Assembly: GCA_039545335.1 (NCBI GenBank)
Contig: BCIN01000004.1
Location: 796,925-860,924 of the forward strand
Direction: 5' to 3'
Length of the DNA: 64,000 nucleotides
From: Kondoa subrosea
Taxonomy: Eukaryota
Position numbers and translations under genes: made by a program. Below, piece after piece: positions 1 through 15,584 of this stretch (positions are counted from its first letter, which is position 1; each line of letters begins with the position of its first letter). The notes under the pieces were generated by a model. It did not search any database, was not told the origin of the DNA, and saw only the letters and a program-made list of their open reading frames with translations.

Positions 1-461
1 CCTGATAACGACCCAGCAGAGTACAGGGCTGCTCTGTAACCACCTCCTGAGGCCTGTTTGAAAATGAAGATGAGATCTTGATGAGGCTGAATGGAGAACG
101 ATACGTACAGCCATAGCCAGTGTCGGCCAAGAAGTAGCATTCGGGAAAGAACTTGAGCTGTAACCAGTATTCCGCTTAGATAGGTATTCAGCCCAAAGAG
201 GTTCTGTTACTGATTTCCTTCCTTGAATATAGGATTGTTCCCTGCGCATGAGTACATATGAGCGTGATAGGACGAAATTTCCAAGGCAATGACTGACGCT
301 GACGAAAGTGTTTGATTCGATTGTGGTACTGTTCCTGCTAGTCGAAGTAGTGATTCGTTTGACGGACAGGTGACATAGCTTGGAGCATAAGAATTGGATG
401 GTGCTTGAGCTTGAACAAGAGCAGTGGCAGAAGCCAAGACGAGGAGAAGAGGGGAAATCAT
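1..461 (-). CDS. Lysophospholipase / phospholipase B, 5' part (runs off window start)
   Basis: Signal peptide MISPLLLVLASATALVQA, then SYAPSYVTCP. A downstream exon (~14-54) reads ASGGGYRAALYSAG, the PLB/cPLA2 SGGGxRA motif. Confidence 0.9.
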
Positions 462-1046
462 AGGGATGGGATTGAACAGAGAAGAGATGCAGAAGTGTGC
501 AGTAGACCGAGAGGATAGCGCAACCCTTAGTAACAGCGAAACTCCGAGAACCGATCTTCTGAAGTTTAGAAGGCAGTGCCGTCAAGCGAGGCGATAGGTT
601 GAAGTGGCTGTAGCTTGGCCGACGTAGACCGAGTACCAAGACTTGCTCAAGAAGCGATGGCGGATGACAGGCAACAATGCATGAAAAAAAAACAAGCAGA
701 TCTTTATGCAGGAACGGCCGCCATACAAAATGGAGGCGTCAATGAGTAATCCAGCCGCCGGTCCCATCCTCTTGGCGATCTAGCAGTACATGTATCGCTG
801 CGAGTCCATTACAATACTCAACTTCAGCAGGCAGATCAATCTCGGTATTACGTAATCGGCTCTGCTAAGGCTTGCTGAGGATTTGTCGATGGGAGCTCGA
901 TGACTGACTGCATCAACTGACTGCATCTTTTTGACTACTCCGATACTGCTACAAAGATTAGTTTCATGCAATCGCAATGTTTAGCTATATACTTTTTCTT
1001 CCAAATCGGCTTATGCAACACGCTCATGTTTCCTCTTCTGTGCTTC

Positions 1047-1869
1047 TTAAACTCGCTTCTGAATCTCTACTACTCCTTGAAACTCTTCTTCGTTCGAGTA
1101 ATACACTTCTTCCGGGTAAAGCGTTTGCTCCAAAACACCATAATGATGAGGGTTGGATTGACAAGCTTGAGATTGCTGGTAAAGGTACATTGGATGACCT
1201 TGATACGATTGATAGGTATGAGGAGGGATGAAGGCTGATCTCTGTTCCACAGGTGAAACGGAAGCCGAACTTTGGTGATTTGGTAAAGAAGGTGCAAACC
1301 ATCCATCGTTCGAAGAGCTGTTGTATGAACTTTGATTAGAGATAGCTGGAGAAGGTTGAGAAAAGGGAAGAGGTTCAAGATGGATCTGCTGCGGTGCTGC
1401 TACGAAATCTGGTCGGCCCCCATTCTTTTCAGCAAGAAGACTTCGCAAATAGTGGTTCTCGCTGTAGGTACCTGAGCAAAGCTAGAGTGAAGATCAAAGG
1501 CCTGGACAAACCTTTCAAGCTGTTGATTGATCGATTGCAAGTCTGCTACGGTCTGTTGACTTTTCTGGTAGTCTTTTCTCAACTTTGCTAGGTCTTGGTT
1601 CTTTTCAATCCTACGTTGCTTCTGTGATTGTTTGGCTCGGTCTAATCGAATGCTCTGCGACACGTGGGCTATCAGATCTACAGGGCAGAGTTTGCAGACC
1701 TGTGTGCTGACTTCTCTCATTTCCGCTTCTACTAGACTTTTGACTGTGGTAGGGGACCATTAGCTATGTCTATGAGGCTCAGATAAGGGAACTTACTTGT
1801 ACGTGGAGGCCCGACAGCAGGCACAAGGATCGCACCCGAACGAAGCGCTAGGGGACCGCTATCGTACAT
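1047..1869 (-). CDS. bZIP-like transcription factor (multi-exon)
   Basis: Manual splicing gives MYDSGPLALR...ERKSIRLDRAKQSQKQRRIEK (basic region) followed by LAKLRKDYQKSQQTVADLQSINQQLER (heptad coiled coil) and a Q/S/P-rich C-terminus. Confidence 0.55.
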
Positions 1870-3265
1870 TTCTGAGGGTTTGCAGATGGTTTTCAAGGCA
1901 AGAGCAAAGAACAAAGGGAGAGAAAAAGAGGCAAAGAAGAAAATCTATAATGGGAAAGTCACAAGCCCATCTTCTGAACATTTGCGCGAATATAGCGCGG
2001 TGATTAGACCCCATGACTTAATCTGGTTCCGCTATTGCATTCTTTCTTCTGTAGAGAAGGGTGAACCTAAAATTTGGCAGAGAGAGAGATAGAGCAGCAC
2101 AGTATCTAACGGGATGACTGAGTTGCTCTGAAAACGTTTCGGAATAATTTCGCTCGACTACGTCCGCGTAGACAATGTAATTGATCTTTTCTCGAGTAAG
2201 CACTGACGGTTTGCCGTTGCCATAGGATGATTTACTTAGAGTTGAGATCGAGTTTCAAAGAAGACGAACTTTGTGCTATTAAGCTGTGGGCGACAAGCAG
2301 TCCTTGAGTCCAAAATCATCACGGATAGTCCTAACCGAAAGCCCGGCTCTCGTAAGTATCAAGGAGAATGAGGACTTGGGAACTCAAAGTCCAATGTTGC
2401 GAATGCAAAGCGACAGACAGGTGCATCTGTTCTGCGTCAGCCAGCGGGACTGCCGAAAGGCATATAGACACTGCCCAGGTAACGGCATTCGGTGACGACA
2501 GAGCTGAATTGCATCATTTATTGTCTAAAACACAGATGATTGCCTAAATGAATCGGTCATGATGGATGGATCATACGAATTACTAAGTAGCATCATCACG
2601 AAATCGATGTAACCAAACAGAAGCGAAGGCTGCTGTTCAGAACCTCGTCTAGTTGTACAAGTACAAAACAGATGTTGCAGCGGATACAGATAGAAACAGA
2701 ACAATTCCCTACAGCCAGGCCATATCCATGCTCTAGTTGCTTGAAATCAGCTAATAGAGAGCGACAAAGAGATTCAACCCAGAAATGTGTGCAGCACTTT
2801 CTTGAAAAATGAAAGCAAGATCGATCAGAAGAGGTTTCTGCATTAATGCCGCAGAGGAAAGAGAAAGATCAGAACATGAATTGGCGTAGACTGGCGAATT
2901 AAAGCTTCAGCGCGATTGACGTACACGAGTAGACGAAGTCCAAGGGCGAGTTCGATACCACATCAATATCGAGGGTTGCGGAAGGCTTCGCAAAGTAGTT
3001 TAGGGGGCATGTATAGGAATTGGTACAACGATTACTCTGCAACTACTAGGTTTGCGCTGTACAAAAAGAAAAAGACGGTATATGGTAAAGTATCGCGGGA
3101 AAATGTCCACACCTCTAAATATAATAAAATGCTCAAAATGCAACTTCTCTCTCTTCTTTCTCTTCTCTTGCTTCCTTTTGGTCGATTCGCTTGAGTCTGC
3201 TCTCTGCACGAATGACATCTTTCCTCATCTTATCTCCTATGTCTCTCCTTTTCCTTCATCTCTTT

Positions 3266-5372
3266 CTACAGGGCCGAGTTTCTCGATGATCGACCAGTCA
3301 ACCAAGCCGCACCAAACAGCATCAATAAAGAGGAAGCTCCAACAGCAATAGTAGCTTGCAACCTCAGAGCAGACGATTCTCTGGTGTTACCGAAAAGTGA
3401 TGGCGCGCCAGTTGCTGGGTTTCTTTGGGTGGTGAAAGCCACTTGTCCACAGTACTTGGTGCACACCGATGATGTTTCTTCAGCTCCTCCTGGTTGACCT
3501 GCTGGAACACCGGAAGAAGGGATATTGCTAGGTGGTTCTCTGTAGTTTGCCCTGTATGATCCCATCATACATTAGGTCGACTTCAACCTGTCCGCTGAAA
3601 AGACATACCACGAGACACGAGTTGCGAAACCAGCGAGATCGGTAGAGAAAGCGCTTGCAATAGCTGTGTCATTGACAAATCGGTAATCACGCAAATCTTG
3701 GTCTCCGGTGTCTCCTTCAACCTTTTCGTATTCTGCGTAATAGATAATGAGCACACGAGCCGTGATTGGATGCACTCTAACTGACCGAATTGCATGATCA
3801 GCTTCAGACGAGGGAATGTATTCAAGAATGCATCATTCATGATACATTGTTGCCACCTGTAGAGAAATACGGTCAATGAAATCCGGGGGAGGCATCAGGA
3901 GACTATTGCATACCATGTTTGCTTAATTGAAAGATCAGTAGCTCCGCCAGCCACGTCTACGTGGTAAGCAGCACCAGACTCTGAGAACTATACAAAACAC
4001 GAGCTGCATTAGCTCCAGGCATCAGACACAGCAAGGACAGCCGCGCACCATGCATGCTTTGTTGGTCTTCAAGCAATAATCTTGATAAAATGGTTCAGGT
4101 AATTGAGCGCCTGAGAATGGATCAATAGAGTTCATGATGTTTGTGCAGTATTGTGCAGGTTGAGCTTGATTGATGTTTTGCCCATAATTCGGTCCTTTCC
4201 AGTCTAATTGCGGTAAATATTCCATCAATATGTAGACCGAAGGCAATGTGAGATAGACGTACAGACCGATAGACCGATCCAGTCGACTACATCATCTCCG
4301 GGATCTGTGCGAAGTGCAATTAGCTTTCAACGAAAAATAGCTTCATCGGGAGTGAACGAACAATAAGGCGCATATGGATCATCAGCTGCTGTTATTTGAC
4401 CATCTCCACTGGTATCCAGAGCGGCGACTTCAGCAGCATTGGCGGGGGCTAGACAATCAAACATGAGCATATGTCTTAAATTCGCCACCGGCGGGCTGTG
4501 AAAAAGGTGTCTCACCAGTTTGGCCATAAGGATAACTATGATTGCGATTCAACACTTGCTCTATCAACGAGAAAAAACAAGCTTACCCAGTTCCCAAATT
4601 AGGCGCCCAGACAATAATTGTTTTTGGTGCAATTGCTTTAATGGCAGGATACATTGTTGCCCACATTGCTTTGTACGCTACTGGTTGGAAACCATATCTA
4701 TTGCTCACCATCAGTATACCTTCACTGCTTCATTGTCGCGGTGAACTAACGCAGCATTCCAAGTACCTTGCATTTCAGGCGCGAAACGCAAGTAAGTTGT
4801 CCGATCGTAATTATCCGTGTCTATTAGTGCCGAGCGTCAACCATACTCTTCCACTTAAGCTTAAGAAAGGGTACCAACAGTTTTTGAGTTGGTTGCCAAG
4901 AGCTTCATAATCGCTATCAGCCAAATTGAGTGTTGTAGGGTAAACAGTCAAAAAGACTGCTGCGTCGCTGAAAGATTGTTCAATGAGGTATTCAGGTGCT
5001 GGTCCACCCGCGCCTAAGCTCTCATTCAGTCCTGTAGGCCGAGAATGCAAGCTTCTGCTTTACCGGTGACATAGTCGTAGGCTGGTAAAGGCATGTCTTG
5101 AGATATTTGAAACACTGAGGTGTTGAAGCCTATCCTTCTGTTGAATTCAAAAGGGTTGTCCGCTCCTGGGAACACAAACTCAAGTGTTAGTGGCCTGACC
5201 GCGAGGAATATGCAACCTCCTTACCATCCATTGTATCTATCCATGCTCCGAACAAGATCTGGTTGCCTGAAGGTTCACCTAGTGCTTGCGCCGATGCTTG
5301 CAAGGCAAAGAAGGAGCTGAACAGAGGCAGCAACGCCGCAACGGCAGAAAGCTGGGTCCGCGTTGAAAGCAT
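3266..5372 (-). CDS. Secreted glycoside-hydrolase-like protein (GH26-like), probable GPI/C-terminal anchor
   Basis: N-terminal signal peptide; LFGAWID, DAAVFLTVYP, DDPYAPY, ESGAAYH segments; hydrophobic C-terminal tail after an S/T/P-rich linker. Confidence 0.7.
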
Positions 5373-5766
5373 GTTTAGAGCTGTTCCAAGTTGAAGGAGC
5401 GTGGTATAACGACAGCCGTCTGGTCTCTCTCTATCCTATCACACGGTATAACACAACACTTGGTGGTTTGGGAAGGTCGAAAAGGAATGCTTGAAAATCT
5501 CAACTGCGCTGCAAAGACAACTTTCGGCCAAACACCGATCGACTCGCAGTTGAAGAGATTTAAAAAAACAAACTCCCTTCGCTATGGAATTTGATATTGC
5601 AATGCATCCTATCACAGATAGAAAGAACTACATGCCCAAATGCTAAAATAATTGTACAAAAATGATATGATCTTCGCCCTCGCTTTCTTTCCAAGCATAA
5701 GTTTTGCGAGTTCGACAAACCAAACGTAAGGGGGAAAGAACAAAACAAGGCACGAGGAAACTACTT

Positions 5767-8398
<2,632 letters not shown>

Positions 8399-8583
8399 AT
8401 CGACTGGTGAGACTTAGAGAACGTGCAGACGAGCGAGTAGATAGATCCAAGAATGAGGCCGGCCAAGAAATGGTTTAAGATCAACCTCTGCGTCAACTGT
8501 CAAGGGAGGTCGGAAATATCGGAGTGCTTGCAAGGCAGAAGATCACAAAGAATACAATAGAAGCTATACATGCGGAACTCTGG

Positions 8584-9565
8584 CTACAAAACAGATTGAG
8601 GCCGAAGCCAAGGTAAAGCATCAAGAGTCTTCCTTGTGTTCTCCTTCTCTTGCTTTATGATCCCCGCGATTGCCTTGAATTTGGGATGAGCGGCGTCACC
8701 TAACATGATGCTGAGTATGAGAGAAGTCGACTACAAATGAAGGCTTACCCATCAGCTGAAAGATTATGGATTCGGAAGTTGTGACAACAGCTCCAGCTCT
8801 TCTCATCCGCTGCAGGAACATACTTCAGCTCATTCGCACGCAGGAACTATTCATACTCACTTCTAGAGCTGTTGAGTGAAGACGTAAGCTCATGCATATG
8901 ATGCTATACTTTGCCCTCACCGATGTTTACTTCATGTGGATTACACGAAGAGACAGCGTCTGCAATTACATGAACATCAATGTTCTTTTCTAGCAGATCA
9001 AGTGTAGTCTGCAGGCAGCAGACATGCGATTCTGATCAATCCTTAAGTCTGTTTCAGATCCAGCAAGAACGAAACTCACCTATGCCAACTAAAATGACAC
9101 TCTTGATACCCAGCTGATGTACCGAATTGGACACTTCGGTAGTCATCATACTGAACAAAGTCTTGGCTATTGGTCCGCCTAGAGGGTTCTGAGATTCATC
9201 CAAACTGGCTAAATCCAATTCGGGTACAGTTGCTCCCAGAGCTTTCGGATTCTGCAGGACAATCAGTAACAACTGGGTAGAAGAGTTGGGAATGGACCTG
9301 TTCTGTTGCATAGACGCTAATGTTGCCTAGAGTCTTTGCAACTTGGAGCAGTTTCTTGCTCGAGTCCACGATCGCATCGAAACCATAGATTGCAGTTCCT
9401 GATTGAGCAGTCAGTGCATACCGAATGGAATTATGTCTCTCGTACGGAATCGCTCTTGCAGGTCACAAACGAAAATCGCAGTCTGTTTGGAGAGTTGAGC
9501 TGGTTATGCCATTCGCTCTCATTTGGACTTACCTTCTCAGGCTGAATCTTGTTGACGGGTGCCAT
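8584..9565 (-). CDS. Isochorismatase-family hydrolase (ISOC/YcaC-like)
   Basis: Exons read FVCDLQERFR, QNPKALGATV, KTLFSM, ESHVCCLQTTLDLL, TTSESIIFQLMGDAAHPKFK. Confidence 0.9.
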
Positions 9566-9959
9566 GGCTGGAAAGTGAAGTTCTAAGTAGGAGGTCTACA
9601 GTGAACGAGAGTAACTCCATTTCGCAGACTTCACATATTACGTAATCTCCCCCCATCCTATCTACTTATCAGCTGAGAGATATTATCTCTACTCCATAGT
9701 GTCTCCGGTCATTTGAAGATACCTGGCTTGCAGTGAACAGAATAACAAGGCTTCGTGGCATTAGTCTCGCTCTGTATACCCGGACGATATCAATACTTGG
9801 GATGATGGAGCGGGGTGCAGACAAGGTTGTTGAGCTGAAGAGGAAAGAAACTCATTTGCCTTCAGAAGGCGTGAATTGCGACCTCATGCTTGTTAGAATA
9901 TGATGCCGTTTGCCATACAAGTGGCCTGTTGAAGAATTTAAGTGCTAGACTATCCAACA

Positions 9960-10290
9960 TAGAATCTTACAAGACCTGAATATCGTCAATGTCATCGCTC
10001 GAATGATCCCCCATGGTCATGAAGAATTGTTTCTCGAGCGAATCTCCTCTAACCCTAGTCCTCTCTCAAGGGCTGCGATAATATACCCTGCAGATATATG
10101 TGTACAATGATAAATCACAAGACTTCTGACCGAGCTTGTCATGTGCAGAAGAGACGTCCTTTGCAATATTGGTCCACAAAGAATCAGCGCGGAAATGTTG
10201 GGGAAATGTTTGAGAAAATCCGGCAGGGTAGGGTCTGCTGCTCCCATTCTTCAATATCGGAGGACAAATTGCGATTGATCACTTGATCTG
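9960..10290 (-). pseudogene. Fragment of an LRR/F-box-type C-terminal region, possibly decayed
   Basis: LPDFLKHFPNISALILCG...SVRSLVIYHC resembles fungal RNI-like repeats. The frame ends at TGA 10017 and appears to resume shifted; no clear N-terminus. Confidence 0.3.
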
Positions 10291-10760
10291 TAGATAGGGA
10301 ACACATTAGCTGGCTTAGTCTTCAGCTGCGTAGCTACAGCGCAATCTGCGATCAAGCCAGCCCGAAATTAAGATAGGTACGTCAAATAATATCCGCCTCA
10401 GTCGCAGAGACGTGCGAGCTGCAGTCTCGTGGCAGACACAGCGACAGCGAAATTACAGAAGCTAAAAAAAAGACGTGATGCAGATGATTGAGAGAATCCT
10501 GAGATTGGCATCAAGCAGTAAAATGAAACACAGAGATCAGACAAAGAGATCAAAGCACACGTCGTCCAGGTCACCAGACAGCAGAGGAACTCCTCTGTCG
10601 CTCGTCTTGGTGCAACCAGCCTCTGTATATTTTTCGACGGTTTCTCTCTCGCCTCTGCCGTTTATAAGCGTGTACAACCGCCGCTCCATTTCTCTTGTGG
10701 ATTTCTAGCAATTTGCTCCATCTCTGTGCCTTCTGTTCTTTCATTTCAAATCAAAGCGGC

Positions 10761-11706
10761 ATGACTTCCAAACCGACGCGTTTCAACGCAACACCAGCTC
10801 CTTTATGCGTTAGCTGCAACAAGGGCGCTTATCTAGCCGAATCTACACTAGGCCCTGGTGGTCGACTCTTCCACAAGACTTGTTTAAAGTGTACTTCTTG
10901 CAACAAGCGGTTGGAGGGATCTACTTTGTTGGAACATGATGGACAGGTGTGTCCATTCTCTTCACACATTCGACAGGGATGAATGACTAATGTGAGATGT
11001 GAAACAGCCTTTCTGTAAAGTTTGTCATAGAAACGCGTTCGGACCTAAAGGCTATGGATTTGGTGGATCTACAACAGCGGAATACGTTGATCGTTCTTCA
11101 CCTTTACGTTCACCTCCTTCTTCTTCTATTTCCAGAACCAATTCTTCTTCTATCACTCCTTGGTCACCTCCAAATATTTCTACTCCCCTCTATCGTTCAC
11201 CAAGTAAAGATCAACCCAAACTTAATGATGATGCAGCAGAAGAAGAAATGGAAATGGATGGAGATAGACCTGATTCGCCATTCTCTACAAAGACGGAATC
11301 AACTGGAAGAACTAGTCCTTACAAAGCGAATAGTACAGGAAGAAGTTCACCTTTTGGGGTATCAAAGGCAGGTGGAGGGAATGCAGGCAATACTTGTAGA
11401 AGATGCGGGGAGGTTTGCTACTTTGCTGAGCAGATCTTGGCTGCAGGAAACAAATGGCACAAACGGTGTTTGAGTGAGTTTCAACGCTTATTGATAAGCG
11501 CATCAGCTTAATTTTCTGGCAGGATGTGCGAAATGCTCGAAAGCGCTAGACTCGCATCTGAATGTCAAGGGTGACCTGCCGTTTTGCAAGGTGAGCAGTC
11601 ATGTCATGAGGCCCTTTAATTCTCTGATGAGCGGAACCAGAAATGTTACTCGGAAGAAGCTGGCATAGGCGCCCAAGGATTGATGACTCGGCCTGGTTTG
11701 TATTGA
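10761..11706 (+). CDS. Two-LIM-domain protein (CRP/CSRP-like)
   Basis: CVSCNK...FHKTCLKCTSC...FCKVCHRNAFGPKGYGFG and a second LIM CRRC...WHKRCLRCAKC...FCKKCY. Confidence 0.92.
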
Positions 11707-11955
11707 TGATCGCAAGCATGAACTAGAGATTGACGACTGAAAGCACGAGCTAGAGTTTTGTATAACGCATGTAACAGGTTGTAGCGGAAAATACATGAGC
11801 GACGTCGCACTGTAAGACGATACTTCATAGACCGTTAGAAAGATTGGACAGAGAGGCAGGAAAGAATCAAGATGCCGTAAAATCTAAGACAGTGCGAAAC
11901 AGAAAGGACGCAGTCGATTTCTGTTGAGTCGGTGCATGCATATCTAACGAGTCAT

Positions 11956-13012
11956 CTATCGAGCAGCTCTTCTCTTTCCAGAAGCTTCTAAACTCGCTTG
12001 AGCAGCTTTGGCTTTCTCTGTGCGCGTATTCAATATAAGTATTTGCTAAGCTCAAGCAGCTAACACATTACCCTGACTCTCTGCTTCTCTTTGTTGTTTC
12101 AGCTTCTCTCGTTCTTCGCGAATCTTACGCAGTCGAGCCAGATCAGCTTTCGCTTCATCAGTCTGCCGAAACATTAATATACAGAGGAGCATCATTTATG
12201 TCCTAGCATACCTTTCCAGCCTGCAAAAGAGAGGATATTCAGACTATGATGATTATCGCAGAAGCTCAACTTACCGCATGCATCTTCTGGTAATGCTCTT
12301 TTGCATCCTTCTTCTGCTTTTCTTCTCTTTCCCTCCTACTCAGTTCTTTCGGTGCCTATCTATCTATATCAGTATGTATTTCTCGCAAACGTAGCAATTC
12401 GAGCTGAACCTTTTTTGCCAAATCTGAAATCTTTACAGTCTTCTTCGCGGCAGCATTATCCACCTTTACAGGCTTTTCATCTTCTTCATCTTCATCATCA
12501 TCCGATTCTCTAGTAGTAGCAACAGGTTTCTTCAAAGCAGCTTTAGCAGCTTTCCTTTCTGCTCGAGATTGTTCCACTGCCGTTCCGCTCAGTACTATAT
12601 TTCCCAATTTATCTAGTACGACTTCATCTGAACTTCCTTGTGGTATCACAGCAGGTGGAGGAGGTCCATAAGAACTAGTTTGAGCAGGTAATTCACTATA
12701 TTGCTTGCATATCAGCCTTTTGATCTCTTTACATACAAAAGAAACTTGACTAACTCATCTGATTCTTCTTCTGATTCTTCTCCTGACCCAGACTCTTCTG
12801 AGCCTGATCCAGACTCATCCTCGTCTGCTCCATCATCCCACATGCCTAGTTCTGATTTATCGTTTGCATCTTTCCCACTCAATACTCTGGCAGAAGTGAA
12901 ATGTCGGCCTCCTCCTCGTTTAGCTTTGCCGTATTTGCCTTTATTAACGGAGTTAGACACAATGTATTAGAGCTTAAAGCAAAGAAATGGACAAACCTGC
13001 GTTGCGAACCAT
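11956..13012 (-). CDS. PDAP1/PP28-family heat- and acid-stable phosphoprotein
   Basis: KAKRGGGRHF N-terminus, acidic linker, C-terminal LSRRER...YQKMHAAGKTDEAKADLARLRKIREERE signature. Confidence 0.85.
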
Positions 13013-13243
13013 GCTTTCTTGAAAGAGGATCTAGGAATTGCTCTGAGTACTAGGATATGTAGACCTTGATAATTTGTAGAGGTATAGCCTATACTACTGG
13101 TATCGCATCTAACGAACGTTGTTCAAGAGCAACCCAAGCAGAATATTGGAAAATGATGTCGCAAGTGAAAGTAGTGCAGAATACAGTCACGAAATGTCCA
13201 GAATGAATGCATGTATGCAATGTACAACAAATACTCCTGACTC

Positions 13244-15453
13244 TCACACTGGCATCCCAAATTGACTGATTGATCTCTTCTGCTGCGGTTTGGGTCCAAC
13301 TCTCCACCAATGCTGGACGAAGGAGAGTCTCAGAGAAAGGACAAAGTTAGAACATTGACAACCTACTTGCATACAACTGTAGCCTGTACAGAGTGTCAGA
13401 ACTGAAAGATGCAAGACAAAAAGGTGAAACGAACCATCCAAGTCGAAAGCTGTAGGGAAACCACATAACTCAGCATTGAATAATACAATACCACGCAGAT
13501 ACTCACAGTCTTTTGGATTGCAAGAACATTTGCCATTGTCGATGTATTTTTGCCGATTCGCAGCTATAAGAGTCAAGATCAGTTGAAGGAAATCGCCAGG
13601 AAGGAAAAGGGGAAAAACGGCAATGGGTGTACGGATCTATACGCTGCCAGTGAGACCATGATCAAGTTCAGAGGTCATAGAAGCTTACTATGGCGATAAG
13701 CTGCCAGGAAATGCTTCAAATCAGCTACTACTAGCAAAATCGAAGAAGAGACTGACCAATGTCATCAAACTGATGCAGTCTATCCGCGGGAAGGAAGAGC
13801 GCAGCAGCAATAGAATGAACCGGAGCACTGCAAGATTTCGCGCAGTTCAACTTCCACCGAAGTAATGATAGCGAGACACTCACTCGCCCCATCGCTCGTA
13901 GAAAAAGTTCCCTGTTGCATCCAGATAGTCGAAGAACTGTGCATCACAAGGAACGATCTAAGCAAACGAAATGCTGAGTTCGATCTCATGGAAACGCACA
14001 TCTGAGTACTCTTTGCTTCTCCAGAAGCGCAGATCAGCAATCTCGAAATTACCTGTCCAGAGCATTAGCATGTAATCGCATTGCCTATTTTTCAGGCTTA
14101 CTCCAGAAACTGTCTCGAACAAACAGCTTTTAGCCAAACATTGAATTGCAAAGCGGATGTGCACTGACTGGCACAGATTATACTCTCCATCAAATCCTTT
14201 GCTGATATCGTCCACCATGAAATGTAGAGCATTGTCGGGAGCGACGTAATCTGGATGAATTTTGACAAATTCTCGAACGGTGTCCCAGAGCGATTCGATC
14301 GTTCTACGGTACTCGAAGATAGCTATAGTGAAAGAGTAGGTCTTGTTATTGCGTTCCATGAAAAGGAAGGGCTGTAAACCAAACCATCGAATCCATCAAT
14401 AATCTATATTGATAGCTTGAAGGTCTGGCTTACATCGTAGTCAATATCGCAGAAAAATTCTACGCCTCTGTGCATGGAGCAGATCGATCTATGTGTCTCT
14501 CACATAACGAGCAACCCAACTCACGGTTCGATTCGCCAATACCAGTCAAACTGCTGCATCAGCTCGTGCTTGTAGAAGAATCTGCATATAGCATGAGCAT
14601 ATGACGAAGCTGTGTTGCTTTCCGTACCCAGAGTTGAAACGACACATGTGCCTGTCGGTCATGATTTGGACTCAGCAAAATGATTGCACAAAGCCAGACC
14701 AGACGGACCTGTAGCTCTCTGATCCGCCATAGATGACGCGATCGTTTTCCATCCTCTGCCTTTCTTTGGCTGCTTTCTCTTGATCTATCCAATCAGGGTA
14801 ACTCCAATGTTCTCTCGGAATCTTTCCAAAATAAATTTCACTCCTCGTCATTTGTCTAACCCCTTGTTTGAAGTCTTCTGTGAAGTCTTCATCGTTCAAA
14901 AAGACCCAAGGGTACTGTTTACGACCTCATTAACCCAAATATAGATTTGTAAGAAGAGACTACTACTTACGCCTGCTTTCCTGTTGAAAGCGCTCTCTAT
15001 CTGTCGCATACTATCCCTCATAGCGCCCAATTCATTGTTTCTGACCAGAGAAACATAAGTTGCCTTAGCTCTTTTGTAGCGATTGAGTTTCGCAGGTTGA
15101 ATGTCAGGTGGATACTCCAAGCCCGTTTGTGGATCTTTCGTGTACACTGGTTCTAGCAAATCACCAAAAGATTGATCGTGCGAGTAAGTAGTAGAAGAAG
15201 ACCAAGATGGGATCCAATTGCTTGCATGACCTTTGCCTGCAGAGTAAGCTGAATGCAAGGAGTCATGCCCTGGTCCGCCAAATGCTGCAAAGACGACAGA
15301 GAGAGCAAAAATACTGCCTCCTGCTATGATGAGAGCTCGTAAAGGTCGTGCTTTCAAGGCTTGTAAAGGCGAAGGGATTTGCGTGTAGCTGCCAGAGCTT
15401 CCACCACTCCCAGAGCTGGGTCGATTTGCTAGGAAGTCTTGCCAGGCTCCCAT
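13244..15453 (-). CDS. GT15 alpha-1,2-mannosyltransferase (KRE2/KTR family)
   Basis: Type II TM segment; KATYVSLVRNNEL, YGGSESYRHMCRFNSG, YWRIEP, NFEIADLRFWRS, FYERWGDA. Confidence 0.95.
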
Positions 15454-15584
15454 CTGATTGGCACTGCAAAAGTGGTACTAGAGCCGCTGTTCGAAGGCAA
15501 AGATCGCGCGAAATGTTTGTGTTTTCTGAAACTCTCTATGCGACTTTCATGCGCAGTAAAGCTAAATGTACAATGGTTCGCAAG

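Noticed and set aside
684..900. Hairpins and an A9 run suggesting a minus-strand Pol III ncRNA
   Set aside because: No tRNA, snRNA, SRP or RNase P/MRP motifs recognised; consistent with the PLB promoter. An Rfam scan would settle it.
10309..10360. Inverted repeat GCTGGCTT...AAGCCAGC
   Set aside because: Only an 8-bp stem and single copy; could be chance.
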